From a virus (lineage: Duplodnaviria > Caudoviricetes): a DNA stretch of 57,976 nt. Numbering within the stretch: the first letter of the stretch is position 1; the number at the start of each line of letters is the position of its first letter. Below are positions 24,889 to 32,934 of the stretch, one piece after another. The notes under the pieces are model-generated. The model did not search any database. It was not told the origin of the DNA and saw nothing but the letters and a program-made list of their open reading frames with translations. Both the position numbers and the translations under genes were made by a program. The DNA lies in the IMG/VR virus record IMGVR_UViG_3300028878_000001, positions 1 through 57,976 of that record. One strand, given 5' to 3'.

Positions 24889-25260
24889 TCAGTAGTCCTC
24901 CTCGGACCAGGCCTCGCCGGCGTCGTCGGGGCTCCAGTCGGATGGTGGGTGGACGGGGTATCGCTGGTTCAGCTCGGCCTCCCGGTCGAGCCGCTTGCTC
25001 CAGTGGTGCTCGCAGCGGGGGTAGGGGATGCCGGTGCCGGACAGCGACATGCGCAGCTCGACCCGGCCGAAGCAGTCCTCGCTGGTGCCGCCCGGGTCGT
25101 CCAGGCACTCCAGCGGGGGAGCGCACACCGGGCAGTCCTCTTCGTAGCCGACGTGGCGCACGCCACGGTCGACCTGGCCGATGCTCAGATGGGTCGGTTC
25201 GGCGTCGGGGTGGGCGCGCTCAGCGGCGAGCTGGGCGAGGCGGGCGTCGAGGTCGCTCAT
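24889..25260 (-). CDS. Hypothetical Cys-containing protein (123 aa)
   Basis: GAAAGGA RBS; CLD....C.G.VE.R..LSGTG..YPRC..HW; acidic end DAGEAWSEEDY. Confidence 0.65.
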   Translation of the reverse strand: MSDLDARLAQLAAERAHPDAEPTHLSIGQVDRGVRHVGYEEDCPVCAPPLECLDDPGGTSEDCFGRVELRMSLSGTGIPYPRCEHHWSKRLDREAELNQRYPVHPPSDWSPDDAGEAWSEEDY

Positions 25261-25802
25261 GCGGTGGTCCTTTCGGGGTAGGCGGTGTGGAAGGTGGTCA
25301 CCTGTCCGGCGATCCAGGCGGCGGCCGCGGCCGCGTTGGGCAGCTCGATGGCGGCGCGGGTGCCGTTGGGGCGCCGGGCGCTCCAGTAGGCGAACTGGCG
25401 GCACCCGAGGATCTTGGCGACCCGCAGCAGGTACTCCTCGAACGACCGGGGCGGGGTGTAGCGGGCGCCCTTGGGGGAGGCGAGGGCATCGAGGCGGCGG
25501 GTGATGCGCCGCAGACACCGAACCATCCCCTCAGCCCGGGGCAGGTCAACGGCATAGACGTTGCGGTACTCGACCGACCAGCCGTAGCTGCCGTCGCTCA
25601 TCATGTCGTCGGAGGCGTACGCGCCGACCTGGAGGTCGGCCAGCTCGGGGCTGTCGCTGTCCAGGAAGCTGCGCAGCTCGCCGGCGTCGTTGTAGTGGTG
25701 GACGTCGGCGGTCAGCCGCAGGGTGTGCTGGCCGTCGAAGCCTTGGGACAGGTCGGTGTCGAACAGCAGGACAAGGTTGCGGGGGCCGCTGGTGGTGGGC
25801 AT
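25257..25802 (-). CDS. Hypothetical protein (181 aa)
   Basis: GAAAGG RBS; ATGA coupling. Confidence 0.65.
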   Translation of the reverse strand: MPTTSGPRNLVLLFDTDLSQGFDGQHTLRLTADVHHYNDAGELRSFLDSDSPELADLQVGAYASDDMMSDGSYGWSVEYRNVYAVDLPRAEGMVRCLRRITRRLDALASPKGARYTPPRSFEEYLLRVAKILGCRQFAYWSARRPNGTRAAIELPNAAAAAAWIAGQVTTFHTAYPERTTA

Positions 25803-25888
25803 GGCGGGCCTTTCGGTAGGTGGGGCCTGATCACCTCACGCGCGGGGCGTGGGGTGGTCGGGCCTCACCTCCTTCCTTGGTTGAGGGG

Positions 25889-26101
25889 TCAGACCGCGCC
25901 GTAGGCGGCAGCGGCGATCTGGTGCTTGGTGCGGTAGCGGATGACGTCGGCGGCGACCCGCTCGGGCTCAGCGCCGAACAGGTCGGCCAGCAGCATCGAG
26001 CTGATCAGCTCAACCACCGTGGAGGGGTCGCGGTCGCCGGGTTCGTCGTTCTCGGCGATCCAGGCGACCCCAGCCCGGTAGCTGGCCTGCTTGAGGGCCA
26101 T
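25889..26101 (-). CDS. Conserved small phage protein (70 aa)
   Basis: ASYRAGVAWIAENDE...LIS..LLADLFG.....VA.DV..YR. Confidence 0.65.
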   Translation of the reverse strand: MALKQASYRAGVAWIAENDEPGDRDPSTVVELISSMLLADLFGAEPERVAADVIRYRTKHQIAAAAYGAV

Positions 26102-26451
26102 CAGCCGGCCAGCGGTGAGGCATCATCGAGTTGGATGCGGACGGCGCGGGCCTGGCCGTCGACCAGGACCCGGCGGGTGCTGGGGTCGAAGTCGGGGGCC
26201 TCCAGGGTGACGTCCTGGCCGGCCTTGACGACGTCGGCGGCGATGCGGCGGCTGTTGGCCCGGTAGGCGTCCAGGGCGTTCTCGTTGACGGTCAGGACCC
26301 GGAAGTCGGGACCGGCGGCTGACGCCTGCACGGCCAGGATGACCGGCTGGTCGGCGTTGATTGCCCGGGACAGCAACGCCCGAAGCTGGCGGGCCTCGGC
26401 TGGGCTCATGGCCAGGTTGATGTCGGTGTAGCGCGGGGCTTCCATGGTCAC
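26101..26451 (-). CDS. Hypothetical protein (about 115 aa)
   Basis: Coupled at both ends. Confidence 0.55.
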   Translation of the reverse strand: MTMEAPRYTDINLAMSPAEARQLRALLSRAINADQPVILAVQASAAGPDFRVLTVNENALDAYRANSRRIAADVVKAGQDVTLEAPDFDPSTRRVLVDGQARAVRIQLDDASPLAG

Positions 26452-27030
26452 TCCGTTTCGGGGTTGGTGGGGGTGTCGGTCATGGTGGCGGCGCCGGCCA
26501 GCACGGTCAGGCGCAACCGGTTGGTGGCGATGCGGCGCTGGAGGATGGCGACCGGGGTGGGGTCGTGGCCACGGTCGGTGAGGCTGCCCGCGAGGTGGCC
26601 GAGGGCTTCCAGGATCAGGTCGACGGCGAAGTCATCGAGCAGGGGGCGGGCGGCGGGGGTTTCGGCCGCGACTAGCTCGGCCTCGTTCCACCAGCGGCCG
26701 CTGATCTGGTAGTGGTTGTCGCCGTCGTGGAAGCGGCGGCCGGTGATCGGCCCTTTGGTGTTGGCGCCGGTCCAGGCTTGCTGGCCGACCTCGTAGCTGT
26801 ACGGTGGAACGCTCACGGGATGCTCCGTTCGGGGTAGCTGACCCACCCCTCGGAGAGGTGGCCGCTGGCGGTCATGGTGTTGGTGTAGGGGCGAAGGGGA
26901 ACCGGCAGGTCCAGCGGCGCGGCGGCGCCGGTGGCGGTCACGGTGGGCACCCACCGCATGCCTGCCTTGACCTTGCTGCGCCGGTCGTCGTCGCCGAAGC
27001 GGCCACGGTCGCGGATCGCGTTGCCTGGTC

Positions 27031-27534
27031 TCATGCCATCTCCAATCTGGCGTCGATGCCGCACTGGGCGTGGGCGATGACGCTGTTCTTCTGCTCGGGC
27101 TGCCAGAACTCGCCCATCTCGTCATCGGCGGGCTCGCCGCACAGCTCGCAGCCGTTCGGCCACTGGCGGCGGTTCTCGGCTGCCTGACGGTCCTTGATCT
27201 GCAACCACGTCAGGGGCGGGGCGGTACGGGGCGCAGGGGCGGCGGCCGCGGTGGTGGCCAGCGGCTCGCCGGTCGGGGCGGGGGCGTCTTCGTCGCGCTC
27301 GACATAGGCCATGTCGGCCACCTTGACCAGCGGACGGCTGCGGGTGGTGACCAGGATCCGGTAGGCGGTGGCGCCGGCTGCGGTCAGCCGGTAGGTGCCG
27401 CCCTTGGGGCCGAACACGATGTGGCCGGCCTGGACCGTCTCCAGGTGCTTGGCGGTGGCGTCGATGGTGCGGGTGCCGACCCGGTAGACGAACTCGCCCG
27501 GGCGGACGTCGGTGAGCTTGATGCGCTTCTGCAC
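27031..27534 (-). CDS. Hypothetical protein (167 aa) with C-terminal CxxC/HxxC
   Basis: AGGAGA RBS; CELC...HAQC. Confidence 0.6.
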   Translation of the reverse strand: MQKRIKLTDVRPGEFVYRVGTRTIDATAKHLETVQAGHIVFGPKGGTYRLTAAGATAYRILVTTRSRPLVKVADMAYVERDEDAPAPTGEPLATTAAAAPAPRTAPPLTWLQIKDRQAAENRRQWPNGCELCGEPADDEMGEFWQPEQKNSVIAHAQCGIDARLEMA

Positions 27535-27542
27535 GGTGTCTC

Positions 27543-27638
27543 CTACCAGGGGAGCGGCTTGCCGCTCGGGGTGGTGGTGTCAGGGGTGGGGCGAGGCTTG
27601 GGGTGGGGCCGCTTGACCTGAACCCGGATCTGGCGCAT
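27543..27638 (-). CDS. 31-aa Pro/Arg/Lys-rich peptide (absent from the ORF track)
   Basis: MRQIRVQVKRPHPKPRPTPDTTTPSGKPLPW; ATG 1 nt after the upstream stop; its stop overlaps the next RBS. Confidence 0.45.
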   Translation of the reverse strand: MRQIRVQVKRPHPKPRPTPDTTTPSGKPLPW

Positions 27639-27639
27639 G

Positions 27640-27897
27640 TCAGTAGGCCTCGGCGGCGACAACGACGAAGTTGACGCCGCGATAGCCGACCGGGCTGGCG
27701 TGGCGGGCGCAGGTGGTCAGGTGGGTGGTGCGCTTGGGCCCGACGCCGATCTTGTGGGTCCAGAAGTCCTCGGTGTGGCGGACGGTGGCGCGGTAGCTGC
27801 AACCACCAGGGGCCATGGTTGCGCCGCCGCAGAGGCGGCCGGCGGCCCGGTTGGCTTCGAGCCGGGCGTGCTTGGTGTGGCTGATGTCGTAGCCCAT
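27640..27897 (-). CDS. Hypothetical Cys/His protein (85 aa)
   Basis: AGGAGGCCCACCCGC-ATG leader; LCGG..C....CARH. Confidence 0.6.
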   Translation of the reverse strand: MGYDISHTKHARLEANRAAGRLCGGATMAPGGCSYRATVRHTEDFWTHKIGVGPKRTTHLTTCARHASPVGYRGVNFVVVAAEAY

Positions 27898-27911
27898 GCG
27901 GGTGGGCCTCC

Positions 27912-28142
27912 TCACAGTCCGGGGTCGGCGTCGCTGACCACCCCGAAGCCGTCGAAGGTTCCGGAGCAATCAGCGGGGTCGAACCCGTCGTCGTAGGGGT
28001 AGAACGGCTCGGGGCCGCCGTCGTCGGCGTCCACGTCCAGGTCGTCGCGGTCCCAGCCGCCGGGGTCGTCGGCGGCGCCTTCGTCGCTGTCGGCCGTGGC
28101 GGGTGGGAGGCGGTCGAAGTCGGCCGCGTCGGTGGGGCTCAT
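27912..28142 (-). CDS. Extremely acidic small protein (76 aa)
   Basis: Hand count 21 Asp + 2 Glu, 2 Arg, no Lys; ATGA-coupled to the upstream ORF. Confidence 0.6.
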   Translation of the reverse strand: MSPTDAADFDRLPPATADSDEGAADDPGGWDRDDLDVDADDGGPEPFYPYDDGFDPADCSGTFDGFGVVSDADPGL

Positions 28143-28276
28143 GCCTTGCTCTGGGAGGGGCGCACGTTGAGGACGGCGGGAAGCTGGAGGGCGTCGGCGG
28201 GCAGGTCGTCGTTGGAGCTGATCCGGCGGCCGGTGGTGATCTGGCCGTCGTAGCGGGCGGTGTTCTTGTCGGCCAT
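28139..28276 (-). CDS. Hypothetical protein (45 aa, absent from the ORF track)
   Basis: AAGGAGGCCACCCGC-ATG leader; MADKNTARYDGQITTGRRISS... Confidence 0.5.
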   Translation of the reverse strand: MADKNTARYDGQITTGRRISSNDDLPADALQLPAVLNVRPSQSKA

Positions 28277-28316
28277 GCGGGTGGCCTCCTTGAGTGCGCG
28301 GTGCGGATGCTGCGGG

Positions 28317-28360
28317 GCGGGCCGCCGGGGCTCGAACCCGGGTGCATGCCGTTCGGCTCA
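28317..28360 (-). ncRNA. Minimal tRNA-like element (acceptor stem, short D-like loop, T-arm)
   Basis: TGAGCCG-AACGGCATGCAC-CCGGG-TTCGAGC-CCCGG-CGGCCCG-C; intergenic. Confidence 0.55.
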
Positions 28361-28371
28361 CGCGAGGTTGC

Positions 28372-28530
28372 TCACCCGAGGGTGAGGCCTCGCCGCTTGG
28401 CCTCAGCCAAGCAGGTGGGGCACGCGGGGGCGCCCCGGGCCGACCAGTCGGCCGGCAGGTTGGCCCCGCACAGCGGGGCGTCGGTGGTGTCGGGCGGTAG
28501 CCCGAGGAACGTGAGGAACAGATGGGACAT
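28372..28530 (-). CDS. Small Zn-finger-like protein (52 aa, absent from the ORF track)
   Basis: GGGGAGG RBS; H.....LCG....CPTC. Confidence 0.5.
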   Translation of the reverse strand: MSHLFLTFLGLPPDTTDAPLCGANLPADWSARGAPACPTCLAEAKRRGLTLG

Positions 28531-28590
28531 GGGAACCTCCCCGGTTGGTGCGGTGATGCAGGGCGGTGGGCGCCGGTTCCCGGTTGAAGC

Positions 28591-28815
28591 TCAGACCTCG
28601 CGGACTGATTCGATGCGGTCGCGGGGCAAGCCGCTGATCCCGCAGGCGGCCGCGATGGCCTCCAGGCGGGTGTCGGCCTCGATGGTGACGGTCAGGGCGA
28701 TGAACGGGCGGGCCAGCCCGGGCCAGCGAACCTCGTAGGTGCTGGGGCCGGGCACGTTCAGGGCGTCGTGGGGGCGGCGGTTCTCGTAGGGGCTGCGGGG
28801 ATAGGCGATGCTCAT
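28591..28815 (-). CDS. Hypothetical protein (74 aa)
   Basis: ATGA coupling; GGAG RBS. Confidence 0.55.
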   Translation of the reverse strand: MSIAYPRSPYENRRPHDALNVPGPSTYEVRWPGLARPFIALTVTIEADTRLEAIAAACGISGLPRDRIESVREV

Positions 28816-29039
28816 GCGGTGCTCCGGTTCGCGATGTGGACCTGGAGGGCTTCGGCCGCGCTGGCGGCGGACAGACGGCGGGGCAGGCGGGCGATGCGAC
28901 CGGCCATGCGGTAGGTGCTGTCGCCGGCGGCACGGACGCTGACGCGGCCAGAGGCGCGCAGCAGCCAGCGGTCGCCGTCGACGGTGGCCTTGGCGACGAT
29001 CGTGTCGATCAGCGGGGTGTTGTGGGTGCGGTCAGTCAT
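28812..29039 (-). CDS. Hypothetical protein (75 aa)
   Basis: GAGGAG RBS; coupled. Confidence 0.55.
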   Translation of the reverse strand: MTDRTHNTPLIDTIVAKATVDGDRWLLRASGRVSVRAAGDSTYRMAGRIARLPRRLSAASAAEALQVHIANRSTA

Positions 29040-29143
29040 GGGGTTCTCCTCATGCGCAGGTTGCGGACGATCAGGCGGCCGACGCCGGCGAAGTACAGGC
29101 TGGCGAACGGCACGTACCAGTAGGCGTTGCTCATGACGGGCTC

Positions 29144-29293
29144 CTACTTGATGGCGTTGCGCTGGGCGGTGGTGGAGGTGGCCCAGTTGCCGGCGGCGAT
29201 GTTCTGGATGGCGCGGTAGTAGTCGACGACGACGACAGGGGCGGCGGCGGCGGCGGTCTGGGCTTCGGCACGGTGGATGTTGCTGGCGGCCAT
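29144..29293 (-). CDS. First gene of the small-gene operon (49 aa)
   Basis: AAGGAGGCCACCCGC-ATG leader; MAASNIHRAEAQ... Confidence 0.55.
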   Translation of the reverse strand: MAASNIHRAEAQTAAAAAPVVVVDYYRAIQNIAAGNWATSTTAQRNAIK

Positions 29294-29422
29294 GCGGGTG
29301 GCCTCCTTCTGCGGTAGGGGTGGAACGCGCGCTCGCTCGCGAGGCACGCGCGGGGCGGCGGGTGGGCTGCCGGGGCGTAGGACTTGCTGGCTCCTAGCCG
29401 GCGTTGCTACCTGGCCGCGCAG

Positions 29423-29562
29423 TGGCCAGCAGGGACTTGAACCCTTGGCGGCCAGCCCGTAGGCCGGCACCCGCCTCCTTCGGCGGCTGGTCGGTGGTGC
29501 GGTGGTGCGGGGTGGTGCTTTCGCAGATTCAGAGATCGCGCTCTCGGACTCTGTTGCTGGCC
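29423..29562 (-). ncRNA. 140-nt tRNA-like structured RNA candidate in the operon leader
   Basis: Perfect 7-bp acceptor GGCCAGC/GCTGGCC plus A; T-arm AGGG-TTCAAGT-CCCT; internal TGC-GAAA-GCA and GCCGGCC-TACG-GGCTGGC hairpins. Confidence 0.6.
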
Positions 29563-29804
29563 TACGCTCCCGGCTCCGCCGACGTGGGCTCTGCGTTGGA
29601 CCCTCAAAACCGCCCCGGGGGGCGGGTAGGGCCTCACCTGATTTTGTTCCGCGCCGGTCACTGCCGGGCGGGTGGTGCGGGGCTTCAAAGGGGCCGTTCA
29701 GGCTTGCCCGGCACCCCGCTACGCGCTATGCGAGTCACGATTCTCGCGGGGCCCTTCTGGACTGCCTGTGGTTCCCCTTTGAAGTTCTCAACCTTGCAAT
29801 ACCA

Positions 29805-29853
29805 ACAATACACCCCCGGGGGGGAGTATGCAAGGGATTGTTTCAATTATTTC
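29805..29853 (-). promoter_or_regulatory. Sigma70/SigA-type promoter with AT-rich upstream element
   Basis: TTGCAT (29833-29828), 17-nt spacer, TATTGT (29810-29805); upstream AAATAATTGAAACAAT; most AT-rich spot noticed in the window. Confidence 0.8.
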
Positions 29854-29924
29854 TCGGGGGACTTTTCCGCCAACGCAAATTGGCGGCCCTGGCCGGCGGC
29901 CGCCAATTGCCGAAGCAGCCCGGG

Positions 29925-30626
29925 TTAGGGGCTGGGGACGGTCACCTCCGGCACCGTTGTGGGCGGCACCGTCGGGTCCGGCACACTCGGAGCCGGCACG
30001 GTCGGGTCGGGGACGGTGGGGTCGGGGACGCTGGGGACGCTGGGGGCTGGGCTCCCTGAGCCGCCCGGGGCCGGCGCCACCGACCCACCCGGGCCCGGGG
30101 CGGGATTGCTTCCCGCAGCTGCCCCGCCGGGGGCGGCGCTGGGGAGGGTGCGATTGCCGCCGGGGATGGCTGCATCGGCGGCCCCGGCGGGCTCCCGCCC
30201 GGGCCGGGCGGATTGGCTGGTGACGATCACCGCCACCGGCGGCGGCGGGACAGGGGGGTCGAGGTGGATCCCGGCCGCGGCCAGCCCCTCCCCGGCGGCA
30301 TCGGCGACCGCCTGGGCCCGGTCGATGATGACCTGGATGGGTGGCCAGGCGGCCACTTGGGCGCGTTGGTGGGGGAACGCGAACGCCAACAGCGTCCCGA
30401 TGACGGCGGCTAGGCCGGTGGCGCACAGCCCCTGCGCGAGATGGCGCAGGCGTCGCCGGCGGCGGGCGCGGATGCGGGCCAGCTCGGCGGCGGCTGACCG
30501 CTCAGCCGCGAGTGGCGGCGGGACGGCAGGTGGTGTCAGGGGTGGCCTGACACCAGCCGGGGTGGGGGGACGGCCGGGCTGGGTGGTGAGCCCGGGGTCG
30601 GGCCCGGGCGGGTCAGTGGGGGTCAT
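29925..30626 (-). CDS. Membrane-anchored protein with PSVP/PTVP repeat tail
   Basis: Poly-Arg then TM helix GLCATGLAAVIGTLLAFAF; C-terminal (P[ST]VP[DA])n. Confidence 0.6.
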   Translation of the reverse strand: MTPTDPPGPDPGLTTQPGRPPTPAGVRPPLTPPAVPPPLAAERSAAAELARIRARRRRRLRHLAQGLCATGLAAVIGTLLAFAFPHQRAQVAAWPPIQVIIDRAQAVADAAGEGLAAAGIHLDPPVPPPPVAVIVTSQSARPGREPAGAADAAIPGGNRTLPSAAPGGAAAGSNPAPGPGGSVAPAPGGSGSPAPSVPSVPDPTVPDPTVPAPSVPDPTVPPTTVPEVTVPSP

Positions 30627-30719
30627 GGTCCTCCCATCGGTGGCGGCGGCAGAGGTCAGCGAACCACAGCACCAGGATGGCCAGCAGCCCCAGCGGCCCC
30701 GGGCCCGGGTCGGCGGCCA

Positions 30720-31493
30720 TCAGCCCGGCTCGGGGTCGGGGTGGAGGTGGCGGCGGCCGGGCCGGTGGGCGTGCCGATGTGGTGGCTGGCCGGCGTGGGT
30801 GTGGGGGTCGTCGACCAGCCGGTTCCCATGCTGGCGCCAGGCCTGATACTGGCGGCGGTCGACCATGAACCGGGTGCCGCCCGGCTCCAGCAGCGGCACC
30901 CGCTCCGGGTCGAGGTGGACCAGGTCGGTGTCGGCGGCCCGGGCCCGGCACGGCTCGCACACCCCCAGGCCTTGCACCTGCGCTGGCCCGACGATCATCC
31001 TGGGGCGGCCGGCCGGGTCGGTGACCCGCAGCCGGGTGCCTTCGACCGGGATGACCACCGGCCAGATCCGCCCGGTCACCACCCGCGGCCGACCACCCGG
31101 CCAGGTCAGGACCGGCCCGGTAGGGGCAGGGCGGCCGCATTCGTCGCAGCGGAACTCCTCGGTCTGGTCGTGGCTGTCGGTGTGGGTTTCCATGCAGGTG
31201 AAGCAGACCAGCCCCATCGGGGGATGCTGGGCGCAGGCGTAGATGCCGCCCCCGTCCCGGTACTGGACGTGCTCACCGGCGGCCAGCAGATGCTGGCAGG
31301 CCCGAGGCGGGTCGGGGATGGCCGCGGTCTGCTCGTTCAGGCGGTGGGCGACGTTGGGGTACAGCCGCAGGTCCAGGTCGCCCATGCCGACCAGGATGGA
31401 GGCCAGCGCACGGGTGGTGGGTTGCAGCACCCAGCTGATCGGCTGGTCGGAGGGGTCAAGCGCCCACGGCAGGCGCAGCTGGGTCGCGGTCAT
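30720..31493 (-). CDS. Multi-Zn-finger hypothetical protein
   Basis: GGGAGG RBS; CQH, CAQH, CFTC, CDEC, CEPC. Confidence 0.6.
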   Translation of the reverse strand: MTATQLRLPWALDPSDQPISWVLQPTTRALASILVGMGDLDLRLYPNVAHRLNEQTAAIPDPPRACQHLLAAGEHVQYRDGGGIYACAQHPPMGLVCFTCMETHTDSHDQTEEFRCDECGRPAPTGPVLTWPGGRPRVVTGRIWPVVIPVEGTRLRVTDPAGRPRMIVGPAQVQGLGVCEPCRARAADTDLVHLDPERVPLLEPGGTRFMVDRRQYQAWRQHGNRLVDDPHTHAGQPPHRHAHRPGRRHLHPDPEPG

Positions 31494-31905
31494 CGTCGGT
31501 GGCCTCCCTTCTGGCGGTGTGCAGCCCGGACAGCGCACCGACCACGTCGATGATCGCGCCCGGCCCGGACGGGCTGTTCATGGCCACCCCGACCTGTTCC
31601 TCGAAGTCGAGGAGGCGCTCGAGCTCGTCCAGCATCCACGCTTGGGCGTCAGCATCCCAGGTGCGGGTGGCGCGCAGCCCCAGCACCCGAGCGCGGGCCT
31701 CCAGGATGCGGGCCTGGTCGTGGTTGCCGGCGGCGTGGGCGAGGGTGGCGGCCTGCCACCACCACCCGGCGGCCGAGGCCAGCAGCCCGTAGCGGCCGTC
31801 GTCTTCGTCGGCTGGCAGGTCAGCGATGGCGGCCTGGTCGTGGTGGGCGGCGACAAGGCACCGGACCAGTGCGCTGCCGTCACCCGGCGGGGGCTCGCGG
31901 GTCAT
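31456..31905 (-). CDS. Hypothetical helical protein (149 aa)
   Basis: Operon packing. Confidence 0.5.
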   Translation of the reverse strand: MTREPPPGDGSALVRCLVAAHHDQAAIADLPADEDDGRYGLLASAAGWWWQAATLAHAAGNHDQARILEARARVLGLRATRTWDADAQAWMLDELERLLDFEEQVGVAMNSPSGPGAIIDVVGALSGLHTARREATDDDRDPAAPAVGA

Positions 31906-32078
31906 GACCTGATCCGCCAGGAGAACCCGCGGCCCAGGCGCAGGGTGAGCCGGCCGCGGGTGTTCCAGGTGAACGGGCCGAGACGGTGGGAGTAGCTGAG
32001 CCCGGAACGGCTGGCATGGAGGCGGCCGGCGCGTCCGAGCCGCCAGCTGCGGTGGAAGATGAGCCCCATGGGAGGCTC

Positions 32079-32387
32079 CTATCGGTCGGGGCGGTCGCGG
32101 TCGAACACGCCGGCGAGGAGGTCGTTGGCGGTGGCGTGGTCGGTGGCCAGCTCGATCATCTTGGGCAGGTCGTAGCGGGCGCCGGGCGGGACCAGCCCGC
32201 GGATCAGGACCGCGGCCAGGGTCGACACGGCGGTCAGCCGCACGGCCAGCTCGTTCACCTGGAGGCCGGTCAGGTCCAGCCCGGACGCCAGCCCGAGGAC
32301 ACCAGCCAGGTAGCGGTCCTGGTTGTCGGTGATCGCACCGGCGAGCAGGTCGGCGGCGGCCTTGCGGATCTCAGGGTCGGTTGGCAT
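32079..32387 (-). CDS. Hypothetical protein (102 aa)
   Basis: AGGAG RBS. Confidence 0.55.
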   Translation of the reverse strand: MPTDPEIRKAAADLLAGAITDNQDRYLAGVLGLASGLDLTGLQVNELAVRLTAVSTLAAVLIRGLVPPGARYDLPKMIELATDHATANDLLAGVFDRDRPDR

Positions 32388-32396
32388 CAGATGCTC

Positions 32397-32816
32397 CTAT
32401 CGGGTGGGGCGCAGGGCAGGGTCGTCGGGGTCGACGCCGTTGGCTTCGGCCATCGACCGGTAGCTGGGATGGAGACAATGGCCGCCGTCGCTGACCTGCG
32501 CCCACCCGAACAGCCGACCCGCCAGCTTGAGCCGCACCGTCAGGTTGTGTTGGGCACCCGAGGACAGCAGGAACCCGGCGCAGGCCGCCGGTGCCGACAC
32601 CCCGGTCATGTGGCACCCGAAGGTCTCTTGGGCCATGTCGTAGGCGGTGGGGGCGCTGATCCGGAACGCGGCGGCGGGGAAGCTGCCGTCTTGGTCGCGG
32701 CGCCATGGGCATTGCGCGCACGGCACCGGCTGGAACCGCCACGACGCTCCTTCGACCCGAACGACCTGGTTGTTGTCGTCGGCGGGGGTGGCGCGGGTGA
32801 TGCGGGGCTCAGCCAC
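32397..32816 (-). CDS. DUF6283-like Cys/His protein
   Basis: PCAQCPWRRD, FGCH, CAGFL, HNL.VRL, L..SY..MA.ANG. Confidence 0.75.
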   Translation of the reverse strand: MAEPRITRATPADDNNQVVRVEGASWRFQPVPCAQCPWRRDQDGSFPAAAFRISAPTAYDMAQETFGCHMTGVSAPAACAGFLLSSGAQHNLTVRLKLAGRLFGWAQVSDGGHCLHPSYRSMAEANGVDPDDPALRPTR

Positions 32817-32934
32817 GGCTCACCACCCGGGCCAGCAACCCCAGCGGCCACCGCAGGCACGCCGGGTGAGGGTGCGGCACCAGAAGCAGCCGGGGTCATA
32901 CCGCCAGGTGCCGTCTTGGCCCTGGCGGTGGTGG

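Noticed and set aside
29600-29790. Known ribozyme or riboswitch in the leader
   Set aside because: No hammerhead, twister, pistol or familiar aptamer consensus could be identified by eye; kept only as an unassigned structured leader.
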